Sequence record: PQ182779.1
Length of the DNA stretch: 64,000 nucleotides
Direction: 5' to 3' (one strand)
A model generated the notes under the pieces. It saw nothing but the letters and a program-made list of their open reading frames with translations, was not told where the DNA came from and made no database searches. Shown here piece after piece: positions 28,545-37,647 of this stretch (position 1 is its first letter; the number at the start of each line of letters is the position of its first letter). A program made the position numbers and the translations under genes.

Positions 28545-30764
28545 ATGCAAACAAATTTCATCCAACCATCCGGAACGACGTCTGTTCAGTCAAGTGCAGA
28601 AGTGTTCTCTAAGTTATTAAACATCCCGCAATCGTCTATTGGGTCGATTGAACTGGGCGTGGATTTAACAAATCTTTCGTTTGCGATTGATCCCGCGACT
28701 AAAGAGATTTACAACGTTACAGGTGTACTGGGTTCAGTAACGGGAATGGTAGCTTCAGGGGCCACCGCAGTAGTGAACACGGAAAAAGGAAGTTTCTCCG
28801 TTAATGCCTTTCCAACCGCTTTAACCATGATATCGATAGCGACAGTAAACGACCTTCGAAATTTCGAACCTTGGTACAACGGCCAAAAAGTTCTCTTATT
28901 AACCGCAGTCACTGGCGGGCCCTACGTCAATGAAATTCTAACTTACGACGCTAACTCAACGAAAACCGATAACGGCTACAGCGTCTTCAAAACTCCCAAA
29001 GGAGCTTGCTGGTTACTCGACACTTCTAAACCTATAAATGTTTGGATGGCCGGCTTCTCTGTATCTCAAAATAACATGGCGCAGTGCATCAATAAAATCA
29101 CCAGCGACATTGTAAATACCGTTATCGCTAGGGGGTTTATCGCAAATGGCACAAACCGACTTTATGTGCCGCCGTTAGATAACGCTACTGGCGAAACAGT
29201 TTATAAAATGACAGCGACAGTGCGTATTCCGCCGTTTGTTTCTGTTATTGTTGACACTAACCAGACTTGGGATTTTAGTGCCTTTACTACCGGGAATGGC
29301 GTAGAAATAACTGGCGAGTTTACTGGACTTACTCGATCCGCAGCAAACCCCTTCACTAATAACGCAGGGAGTTCTGCTAGCTACACCGAAGTGTTGGACA
29401 CTAATGCACTTTTCATTTTAGGTCCTGGATACGACAAAACGACCTTCCACGGTATTTCTCTTGGGAACACCAGTTACCCGTCTGGTGGTTATGTTCATGT
29501 AAGGGAAGTAAAAATTACAGGTGTAAAAGTCGCGCAATTTTACGGCGGAATTAGAATCGGTTCTACCGATACGTATTTGGATGTGGTGGAGAATTGTGAC
29601 TTTTATCGAAATGCGTACGGTGTAGTAACTGACGCCGGCGCAAACTGCATTAACTCCGGCGAGAACATGCGTTTTGTTAACTGTCTCATCGGCGATAACT
29701 ATTTGGGCGGAGTTTACCGAAACGATACTGTCCACATGTTTAAATATTTTGGTTGTAGCTTCGACTACAATACAAACGATGTTATCTTTTATTCGCCAGT
29801 GAACATCGGTCAAGATACATTGATTGAATGTCACGTCGAGGGTTTCCGTTATTTAGCCAATTGCCCATCTCGTACTACTGGCGCCGGCGAAAATAACTTT
29901 AAAATGATCGGCGGCAACATCTTCATGTACGCATTTGTTAACGATCCTTACCGTGGCGTCAGAACGATCGGTTTTGCGACCACTACACGCACCGCTATCG
30001 ACCTTGACAATGTAAACATTTTCTGTTACGGTCCACACGTTAATAGTGCTTATGGGAGTTATAAGGCGTACGATCCCACTAACCTGATCAAAATCAGAAT
30101 ACGTTACCCGTTACGTGGACAAACCTATCGTTTTCTGCCATCCTACGATACTACTGACGGTTATATTTTGAATAGCTCGGGGTTATTATTTAATGGCACA
30201 GCTGGGGCGGCCTTACCGACAGCCAGGGCGCTTGGCCAGTGGTTTGTTGTCGCAAACGGCTCGACTATTGTTTATGGGTCCGCGGCAGACGCAGACGCAG
30301 ACGGTTTGATCCCGGTGACTATCACCGCTACGAGTACAACTAACTCGGTTAACCTTCTCTGGGGAACGCCAATTAATAACAGTAACAGTCAACAGAAATT
30401 CCATGTTTCTTGTTCCGTAAAAGCTGGATCTGCAACTACTGGAAATGTTTATGTACGCGGAGTTTGTCGTTTGGTTTCAGCGCAAACTTACACCAATAAC
30501 TCTACAACTAACGTTGTATCCATGAGCGAAACTTATAGCGGATATGCTTTAGGTCCGCAGCAGGATATTTTAAATTCGCTGACAAAAACAGGGATTACTT
30601 TAACCGCAGATAACTACATGGGAACGTACATGCTTTCTTGCGATACGGGTACTTCTCAATACGGGTACGCTGGACTTAACTTCACTGGTTTTGTTGGGAC
30701 AATCCAGGTTAAACTTCCAGCAGTGTGGTTTTCTGACCAACATCCTACATTAGGTTACTTGTAA
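28545..30764 (+). CDS. Tailspike / putative capsule depolymerase F (739 aa, QPxG peptide), KP32gp37-like body
   Basis: N-terminus MQTNFIQPSG; motifs STDTYL...NSGENMRF...CSFDY...ECHVEGF. Confidence 0.82.
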   Translation: MQTNFIQPSGTTSVQSSAEVFSKLLNIPQSSIGSIELGVDLTNLSFAIDPATKEIYNVTGVLGSVTGMVASGATAVVNTEKGSFSVNAFPTALTMISIATVNDLRNFEPWYNGQKVLLLTAVTGGPYVNEILTYDANSTKTDNGYSVFKTPKGACWLLDTSKPINVWMAGFSVSQNNMAQCINKITSDIVNTVIARGFIANGTNRLYVPPLDNATGETVYKMTATVRIPPFVSVIVDTNQTWDFSAFTTGNGVEITGEFTGLTRSAANPFTNNAGSSASYTEVLDTNALFILGPGYDKTTFHGISLGNTSYPSGGYVHVREVKITGVKVAQFYGGIRIGSTDTYLDVVENCDFYRNAYGVVTDAGANCINSGENMRFVNCLIGDNYLGGVYRNDTVHMFKYFGCSFDYNTNDVIFYSPVNIGQDTLIECHVEGFRYLANCPSRTTGAGENNFKMIGGNIFMYAFVNDPYRGVRTIGFATTTRTAIDLDNVNIFCYGPHVNSAYGSYKAYDPTNLIKIRIRYPLRGQTYRFLPSYDTTDGYILNSSGLLFNGTAGAALPTARALGQWFVVANGSTIVYGSAADADADGLIPVTITATSTTNSVNLLWGTPINNSNSQQKFHVSCSVKAGSATTGNVYVRGVCRLVSAQTYTNNSTTNVVSMSETYSGYALGPQQDILNSLTKTGITLTADNYMGTYMLSCDTGTSQYGYAGLNFTGFVGTIQVKLPAVWFSDQHPTLGYL

Positions 30765-30771
30765 GGAATGA

Positions 30772-30969
30772 ATGATGATCTACATCTATAAGGATGAAAA
30801 TCAAGAAAATGTGTACTATCTCTCAACGTTAAGTGCGGATGGTGCATTAACATCTTTTGAATATGTTGATAATTACCAAGAGGCGGCTTTGGGGTATTTA
30901 TCCGAATTAGGGGTCTGTAATTCATTCATATTAGAAGATCGTAAAGACACTGAAGAAACAGGTAGTTAA
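30772..30969 (+). CDS. Small acidic protein (65 aa) downstream of tailspike F, possible assembly chaperone
   Basis: RBS AAGGA, directly after the F stop and before a hairpin. Confidence 0.55.
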   Translation: MMIYIYKDENQENVYYLSTLSADGALTSFEYVDNYQEAALGYLSELGVCNSFILEDRKDTEETGS

Positions 30970-30977
30970 ACAAAATT

Positions 30978-31012
30978 AATCAGAGGAGGTACATGTACCT
31001 CCTCTGATTTTT
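30978..31012 (+). terminator. Perfect 32-bp palindrome / terminator
   Basis: AATCAGAGGAGGTACA|TGTACCTCCTCTGATT followed by T residues. Confidence 0.7.
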
Positions 31013-31019
31013 CTATGAC
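31008..31019 (+). promoter_or_regulatory. Putative late promoter TTTTTCTATGAC for tailspike G
   Basis: TATG at 31014, after a palindrome. Confidence 0.55.
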
Positions 31020-31044
31020 TTCGTCTTATTCACATAGAGGTGTA

Positions 31045-32904
31045 ATGATGTTAACTGATTTTAATAAACCGCGAGGGAGTAACGGTGAATACAACAGATT
31101 AGTTATCGAGTCTGTTGCCGATCTCCGTGCAACCAAACCCTGGTTCGATAACCAAGTGATCTATCTAAAAAGCTACTACGCTGGAACTTATACCGGTGGA
31201 GGAGAATTTATTGGCCACTACGGTACCGCGGTAGACGATGGAGGGATGACTATCTCTGGTACTGGGTTCTATTGGTCAAGAGTAAAAGGTGCTGCCGCAG
31301 CAATCGATATTTTATCTTTTGGCGCGAAAGATAATAGCATCGCAGAGAACAGTACATTTGACAACCAGTCGGCTATTCAAAGTGCGGTCGATTATGCCAA
31401 TGCTCGCTACGTAGCAACAGGCGCAGTTCATAGCGTGTTCGTTCCTACAGGCATCTTCAAAACAAAGTCAAAAACGTTTACTCCCACTGGCGCCAGTTCG
31501 GCAGCGGGTATCATCTCAATTGTGATGAAAGATGGTGTGAGGCTTTATGGCGACGGGACGTTACAAGCCTATGAAAACCATTATGGTACCGGTGCTTTTT
31601 ATAGACTGATAGGTTCTGACTCAGGTTCCCCGGTAAAGAATGTCACTATTGAAGGAATAACTCTGGACGGTCAGTCGTCTAAACAGACTGCCAGCACCCA
31701 ATGCTCTAACATTGTTCTGGAAGCAGCAAATAATATCAGTATTATCCGTGTTAAATCATTAAATGCTAACGGTAACGGAATAATGGTGAGAGGTAATGTT
31801 ACCACTCCCGTTACTAATGTTGTCATCAATAGTTGTATTGTCGACACAGTTACAATGATTGGTATTCAAGCTTCTCAGTTTAACGGCCTCGTTATTAGTG
31901 CCAACAATGTTTCCAATACGGCTAATAACGGGATTGATATCTACGGTGACACTGGGGTATCTGCATCCGCTAGCAACGGTAACAATTTCACTATTACTGG
32001 CAACACACTTAGGAATATCGGTATCGGCGGTATATTCCCGGAAACTGTGGCCAATGGGACAATTTCTGGAAACACAATTTATATCTGTCAAGAAGGCATA
32101 CATTGCAACCGAATTAGATCCGTCCCTAAAAATATTGTTATTACTGGTAATACCATTACTAAATCTTCGGTCGGCGGGATAATTATTACAGGCGATCATG
32201 AAGGGGTCACAATCACGAGCAACACTATTAGTGATTGGACGGGTGCCGGTTTCTGTTTCGGTACGGGTACGGGAGGAAACGTTTCTAACATCTTCGCGAC
32301 CAACAACACCTTTATTCCTACTTCGGCGGACGTTACTATTGTCTCCGTCATTGCGGCTATCGCCTCAAGGATCGAGATGAATAATAACTACATCCGAAAT
32401 AACGTAGGTGTTCCAGTTACTAACTTCGATGTTCGCAATGTTACAACTGTCTCTGGTGTCAATATTGGCAGTTGGGCGATTAGCGCAGGAACGCCATCCA
32501 CGGGTACTCAGATGTATCGGCAAGGTACTTTCACTCCAACTGTGAAAGGAGCTACAACTGCCGGCACTTATACCTACACGACCCAGTCTGGGAGTTATGT
32601 CAGGATAGGTAATATTATTCATTTCCAAGCCAAAGTTGTTTGGACGGCAGGAACAGGTGTAGGTCAATTGGTTCTTGCTGGCCTCCCGTTCACACCATCT
32701 ACAGTAATTCCGCAACCAACAGTAGACGGTTATTTCTCGGGGTTAGCCCTGACCAATGCAGGTCAGTTTATCACTTCAAATATCTCTGGTGGTAATCTTT
32801 CCTTTGTTGTGCTTCAACAGGGAACCAGTACTTCAACAAACGTTTTGGCTGATTCTGTATCTGCCGCAACGCTTACTGTAAAAGGTTTCTATTTCGCAGA
32901 TTAA
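31045..32904 (+). CDS. Tailspike / capsule depolymerase G (QPxG-type peptide), KP34p57/K63-like body
   Basis: The likely start is 31045 or 31048 (MMLTDFNKPRGS, RBS GAGGTG). IGIQASQ...NNGIDIYG...GIFPET...GIHCNRI resembles the remembered K63 depolymerase family. Confidence 0.82.
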   Translation: MMLTDFNKPRGSNGEYNRLVIESVADLRATKPWFDNQVIYLKSYYAGTYTGGGEFIGHYGTAVDDGGMTISGTGFYWSRVKGAAAAIDILSFGAKDNSIAENSTFDNQSAIQSAVDYANARYVATGAVHSVFVPTGIFKTKSKTFTPTGASSAAGIISIVMKDGVRLYGDGTLQAYENHYGTGAFYRLIGSDSGSPVKNVTIEGITLDGQSSKQTASTQCSNIVLEAANNISIIRVKSLNANGNGIMVRGNVTTPVTNVVINSCIVDTVTMIGIQASQFNGLVISANNVSNTANNGIDIYGDTGVSASASNGNNFTITGNTLRNIGIGGIFPETVANGTISGNTIYICQEGIHCNRIRSVPKNIVITGNTITKSSVGGIIITGDHEGVTITSNTISDWTGAGFCFGTGTGGNVSNIFATNNTFIPTSADVTIVSVIAAIASRIEMNNNYIRNNVGVPVTNFDVRNVTTVSGVNIGSWAISAGTPSTGTQMYRQGTFTPTVKGATTAGTYTYTTQSGSYVRIGNIIHFQAKVVWTAGTGVGQLVLAGLPFTPSTVIPQPTVDGYFSGLALTNAGQFITSNISGGNLSFVVLQQGTSTSTNVLADSVSAATLTVKGFYFAD

Positions 32905-32909
32905 GATAT

Positions 32910-32945
32910 AGAGCAGGGGCTTAAAGCCCCTGCTCTTGTGTTTTT
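32910..32945 (+). terminator. Terminator after tailspike G
   Basis: AGAGCAGGGGC-TTAAA-GCCCCTGCTCT plus a U tract. Confidence 0.75.
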
Positions 32946-32950
32946 ATGAC
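32940..32950 (+). promoter_or_regulatory. Putative late promoter GTTTTTATGAC for tailspike H
   Basis: TATG at 32945, after a terminator. Confidence 0.55.
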
Positions 32951-32994
32951 GATCTAGATACCCTCTTATTTACCCAGACTATACAGGTACCAAA

Positions 32995-35733
32995 ATGGAT
33001 AAGTCTAGCTTAAAGATTACCGAATTACCGGCTTTGTCGGTAGCCTCTGAGAATGGGTTTATCCCCATTGCTCAAGTTAAAGAAGAAAACGACACGTATA
33101 AAACAACACTCCGTGCGTTACGTGAAAGTATCATGTTTGAGAACGCCTACTCGAGTACTGCGGCAGGTGTTTCGGCAACGGTTCCTGGCGATGTGTTCTT
33201 TGTTTACACTGACGAGACCAAAGAGCATGTTCAAGGCTGGGTTAACAGTGCCGCTGGCGCAACGCCGTTATTGAATGCTAATAGCGAACAAGTCACTTAC
33301 GGTACTTACGCGCTGTTGAATAAAGCTCTGAAGGATAAAGGGGCGATTGTACAATGGGTTTATAATGGCGGGTTAAGTAACGGCGGGGAACAAACCTTTA
33401 CAGTTCCTTTAACGGGGAATATCAGTGTACAAGAAGTCTACGTGGACGGTTTGCGTCAGTTTAAAGACGTAGGTTTTGAAAGTTCGGACCTCACTTTCAC
33501 GCTTGCCACGCCAGTTAAAGCTAATCAAACAGTGGTAGCAATTTGTTCTGGGTCCGATGACATTGAGAAGGTCAACGAAGCTTTCTTGGCGACGTATACC
33601 GGTCCAAATGGGGCCAGTAATATCGGGACGCTTTCTGGTAAGACGATTGAAGTGGAATTGGGCGCTCGATTCACGAAAAATGAGATGGCTGACCCGGCTA
33701 TTACTAAAGCGCTTGCATTTGGTAGAGGGACACCTCTGACCAAAAAGATTCAAACGCTAAGTGATTTTTTCAGTGCCCAAGTCAAGAACATATGGGAATA
33801 TGCCGGGTTAATTACTAGTAAAACTGATCCTGATGATCCGGAGACTTGGGATTGGTCGCCGGCCATTCAGGCAGCTATTAATGACGCAGTTAAATTTCGC
33901 CCCGTAAAATCCATCACGTCGTCGTCTTACTTCGTAGGTATCACATTGTATTTTCCTGGTGGGGTTTATCCGATTAAAACGGGTTTAACTGTGACCATGC
34001 AGGGAACAGGTACAGGTACTACTTTCCAAACCTGCTTACGAATTATCGGCGACGGGATGTCGGCATCTATTATCCAAACCTCCGCTGACGATATTGATGC
34101 ACTGAAAGTCACCCGTTGCAGGGTCATCATGGAGAACATCGGTTTTCGAGCCAACTCGAAATATAACCGCGGGATTGTACTTGGTGATGCGACAACTTGG
34201 CTGCCTGCGCAACGATGCTTATTGACTAACGTAGGCACATACGGGTTTGCGAAAGGGGTGGTTTCCGAACTGACATTTGATAGTATCTTCATCGGACTGA
34301 ATATCCAGAATACCACCGACATGAGAGACACTGCACAAGCGTCCGCCGGTATCGAAATCTCCGTCTATTCTGGAGCGGGTAACAATGGTGCGACCGCTGA
34401 CGACTCTAACCAACTGACCTTCATTAACTGCGCCGTAGAAACTGCAGCGGCAAACAACTGTACAATGGTGAGAATCATTGGACTGAGTAAGTCCTATCCT
34501 CACCATGCAATTAACTGGTTCGGCGGTCACGTTGAGACACATAACCGAAATGCAAAATGTCTCAGTATGATTTACGCAGCACACTGTGCCTTCTATGGCG
34601 TCGTGTTCAGTCAAAACGGAAATGAGACAGTAGTCCCGGTTCCTGTTGCGTATCTGGAAAATACCTTTAATGTACTCTTTTCTTCTTGTCGGCTAGTTAC
34701 CAACAACGCACAAGGGACATACAGCGACACAAATGGAAAATTGGTACAGATCACGCAGGGAACAATGAACATTGGTTTTGACCGGTGTTACTTCAATACA
34801 GCGTACGCTGCCTTAAGTAGCTATAACCGCAACGTAGATATCATTGTTGATTACAGTGCAGCTACGGCCCGTATTCGTTCCTTCCAGTTTAACCAGTGTA
34901 TTCTGAATGATTTTACGTTCAAAGCTTTCAGTACCCGGTCTACTATCAGTAACACTACATTACTGTCTCGTGAATGGACTAATCGAGTCGATGATAACGG
35001 TGTGTTGATTTTCTCGTACATCAACGATATTACGGGCGCTACCGCACCTACGGACTACATTACCTTTTCTAACGTTGGCGACATCGCCACCTTAGGGAAA
35101 CTTTCGTCCGGTAGTACAATCAGTAGCGGCGGGAGTGTCACTACGGCGAGCAATATCAACATCGGTATCAACTCAACTGACACCGCTACAAAAGGGGTTT
35201 ATTTCTACACCGCAGGTGACCAAGCTACCGTAATGGCCAGTATGACGGCAGATTCTGCCGGTAGGCTGTATCTGAATGCCATTTCTAACACGATTGGTTT
35301 TGTCATCAACTCGACAGGGATGCAGCCGAAAGTAGATAACACCCACGCCATGGGCGCCAGCAGTTTCCGGTTTACCACGGTCTACGCTACCAACGGGGTT
35401 TCTTCCACATCGGATGCTACGTTGAAAGACGGTATTCGTTCCCGGTCCCTTGAGGAAACCCATGCATTTGCTGAAATCGCGCAACTTCCGTCAGTGTGGA
35501 AATGGAAAGAAGCAGCCTGTCCGACCGGTGACGAAGGTAAGTTACACTCCGGACCTACCGTACAAGCCGCCATTGAGATCATGGAGAAGTACGGGCTTGA
35601 TTGGAAGGCATACAGCTGCTTTATTGCCGATCAAACGGAAGAGGGTGAAACCCGTTATGGGTTAAATAAAGAAGAACTGAACTGGTGGTGCTTCACGTCC
35701 ATCATGGATCTTCTGATTGGCGGTAACAGCTAA
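32995..35733 (+). CDS. Tailspike H (912 aa): KITEL anchor, one gp10-like branch module, beta-helix and C-terminal intramolecular chaperone (peptidase S74-like)
   Basis: KITELP...MFENAY; WVYNGGLSNGGEQ; TSDATLK autocleavage motif followed by WKWK...HSGPTVQ...YGLNKEEL. Confidence 0.87.
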   Translation: MDKSSLKITELPALSVASENGFIPIAQVKEENDTYKTTLRALRESIMFENAYSSTAAGVSATVPGDVFFVYTDETKEHVQGWVNSAAGATPLLNANSEQVTYGTYALLNKALKDKGAIVQWVYNGGLSNGGEQTFTVPLTGNISVQEVYVDGLRQFKDVGFESSDLTFTLATPVKANQTVVAICSGSDDIEKVNEAFLATYTGPNGASNIGTLSGKTIEVELGARFTKNEMADPAITKALAFGRGTPLTKKIQTLSDFFSAQVKNIWEYAGLITSKTDPDDPETWDWSPAIQAAINDAVKFRPVKSITSSSYFVGITLYFPGGVYPIKTGLTVTMQGTGTGTTFQTCLRIIGDGMSASIIQTSADDIDALKVTRCRVIMENIGFRANSKYNRGIVLGDATTWLPAQRCLLTNVGTYGFAKGVVSELTFDSIFIGLNIQNTTDMRDTAQASAGIEISVYSGAGNNGATADDSNQLTFINCAVETAAANNCTMVRIIGLSKSYPHHAINWFGGHVETHNRNAKCLSMIYAAHCAFYGVVFSQNGNETVVPVPVAYLENTFNVLFSSCRLVTNNAQGTYSDTNGKLVQITQGTMNIGFDRCYFNTAYAALSSYNRNVDIIVDYSAATARIRSFQFNQCILNDFTFKAFSTRSTISNTTLLSREWTNRVDDNGVLIFSYINDITGATAPTDYITFSNVGDIATLGKLSSGSTISSGGSVTTASNINIGINSTDTATKGVYFYTAGDQATVMASMTADSAGRLYLNAISNTIGFVINSTGMQPKVDNTHAMGASSFRFTTVYATNGVSSTSDATLKDGIRSRSLEETHAFAEIAQLPSVWKWKEAACPTGDEGKLHSGPTVQAAIEIMEKYGLDWKAYSCFIADQTEEGETRYGLNKEELNWWCFTSIMDLLIGGNS

Positions 35734-35788
35734 GTCAGTAACGGAGAAGGGATGAAAAATCCCTCCTCTTTTATTCTGAGGTAATTAC

Positions 35789-37594
35789 ATGTTAAACAAA
35801 CTTGTTCAACCAACCGGCACCAGCTCTGATCTCGCTACGGCTCAAACAATCGCACGAATCTATAACGAAGACGAGAGTAATGTTGTCTACCTAGCGACGA
35901 ACGCGATTGTCTCGCCCGGTAATTTGATTTACGATACAGTTAACCAAAGCCTGTGGGCGGCAGGAAATGCCACGGGGAAAATTATTAACTTTTCCCTTAA
36001 TACCGATAATACCCTTCAACTCGGTACTACCAGCGGGAATTACGTGTTAAACCCGTACCTCCGATCGCAATTCAATCTGCTAGATTTTATTCCTCGGACG
36101 TACCATAAAACCATTCGTAATTCAACGGAGAAAACTGATCTCTCTGTCTACGTCCAGCGCGCCATTGACACGGTCTCCTCTTCTGGCGGTGGGGCTCTGA
36201 TTCTTCCCGCTGGAACAATCTATTGTAACGTCTACGCGAAAAGCTTCGTAGTTCTCCTTGGTACACGTGGCGCGACAACAAGACGAAGCGCGGCAATTAG
36301 TAATCAAGCGGTAGTGACTAACGGCTCTATGCTTATCAATAGTGACGCCAGTAAGTGGGTAATTGATGTCACTGATCCCACTCAATCAGTTCAGGTTACT
36401 GGGTTCGGCGTTATTGGGGTTGACTTCAAAGCGAACCTTACCGGTTCCCAAGGCGGTCTTCGTATTCGTGGACCAGAAACCGTAGTGAAGTCCTGCCTCT
36501 TTTCTGGATTCCAGCAACAAGGGATGGATGTCCTCGGAAATATCAACACTGTCGAAGATTTGTTAGCCGTAAACTGCTGTATGGATAGAACAGGTACTAC
36601 GATCCGCGGTACGCTTCAGATCGATGGCGCGGATTGTCAGATTCATCGCTTGGAAGGAAACGCGGGAATAACGGGATCGCTGGCTTCTCCTAACGGGTCG
36701 ATTTGCGGGATTTACATTAAAGGCAACAACCACTACGTTTCGGGTTTGATGGGCGAGATCTCTGAGATTGGGATTTGTATTGATTCTGCTAATGCCATCA
36801 GTAAAGTGAGTGACTGTCGCGCTGACAACAATGTTGCACACGGGTATCAGTTGAACGGGGTGATGGCAATTAATTGCCATTCCTACAACAACTCTCGTGC
36901 TGGAGACGGGCTCTATGATGGATTTTACTTACCAGACCAAGCCACTCGTATTTTCCTGATGAACTGTTATGCTTTATGCGATAACCAACCGGTAGATAAA
37001 GCAGGCCAGAAAGGACACCGTTATGGGTTCAATCTGGCTGGTTCTGATTTCTTATCCCTTCGTTTAAAACCTTGGATTAGCCAGTGTTTTTCTTATGGGC
37101 ATGTTACCGCATGGAAAAATTCACCCCCGGGGTTTGGTGAACAGCAGGTATTAAGTTTAGGCCGATTGAGCATCTCTACTAACCTGAATCCGACACCAAC
37201 GGTAGACGGCGTAAATATCATTGACGTGAGTACAACGTCCACGGTAAGTATCACCGGGTTTGTAGGCGGGGAAATCGGTCAAGAAGTTGATATTTACTTG
37301 AATGCCCAAACGACAGCAACTTTAGTCAATAGCGCAACCTTCTTGGTGAATAACTACTCGAAGAATGCCGATAAAGTGATGGTAGTGGGCAGGGTCTATA
37401 AGTTCGTCAAAACATCAGCAACAATCTGGCGAGAGGTTGGTGACGCACCACGTCAGTTTACGGGAACGACGGCGCAGCGGCCAAATAGCTTTGCTTACGC
37501 AGGTATGCCTTATTTTGATTTGGATTTAGGATTGCCTATTTGGCGTAATAAAGACAACAATGGCTGGATCAATGCGACAGGTACCGCGGTCTAA
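35789..37594 (+). CDS. Tailspike / putative capsule depolymerase I (601 aa, QPxG peptide)
   Basis: N-terminus MLNKLVQPTG; NLLDFIP...QRAIDTVSSSGGGALILPAG beta-helix cap; C-terminal GTTAQRP...YFDLDLGLPIW. Confidence 0.85.
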   Translation: MLNKLVQPTGTSSDLATAQTIARIYNEDESNVVYLATNAIVSPGNLIYDTVNQSLWAAGNATGKIINFSLNTDNTLQLGTTSGNYVLNPYLRSQFNLLDFIPRTYHKTIRNSTEKTDLSVYVQRAIDTVSSSGGGALILPAGTIYCNVYAKSFVVLLGTRGATTRRSAAISNQAVVTNGSMLINSDASKWVIDVTDPTQSVQVTGFGVIGVDFKANLTGSQGGLRIRGPETVVKSCLFSGFQQQGMDVLGNINTVEDLLAVNCCMDRTGTTIRGTLQIDGADCQIHRLEGNAGITGSLASPNGSICGIYIKGNNHYVSGLMGEISEIGICIDSANAISKVSDCRADNNVAHGYQLNGVMAINCHSYNNSRAGDGLYDGFYLPDQATRIFLMNCYALCDNQPVDKAGQKGHRYGFNLAGSDFLSLRLKPWISQCFSYGHVTAWKNSPPGFGEQQVLSLGRLSISTNLNPTPTVDGVNIIDVSTTSTVSITGFVGGEIGQEVDIYLNAQTTATLVNSATFLVNNYSKNADKVMVVGRVYKFVKTSATIWREVGDAPRQFTGTTAQRPNSFAYAGMPYFDLDLGLPIWRNKDNNGWINATGTAV

Positions 37595-37647
37595 TTGAAT
37601 ACGAGGAAGGGTAAAATATCCTTCCTTTTTATTTTCGAGGAATAATC

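Noticed and set aside
30978-31009. Perfect 32-bp palindrome as a MITE, operator or recombination site
   Set aside because: It is single copy, sits right after a stop codon, is followed by T residues and has the same purine-rich stem style as the other terminators.
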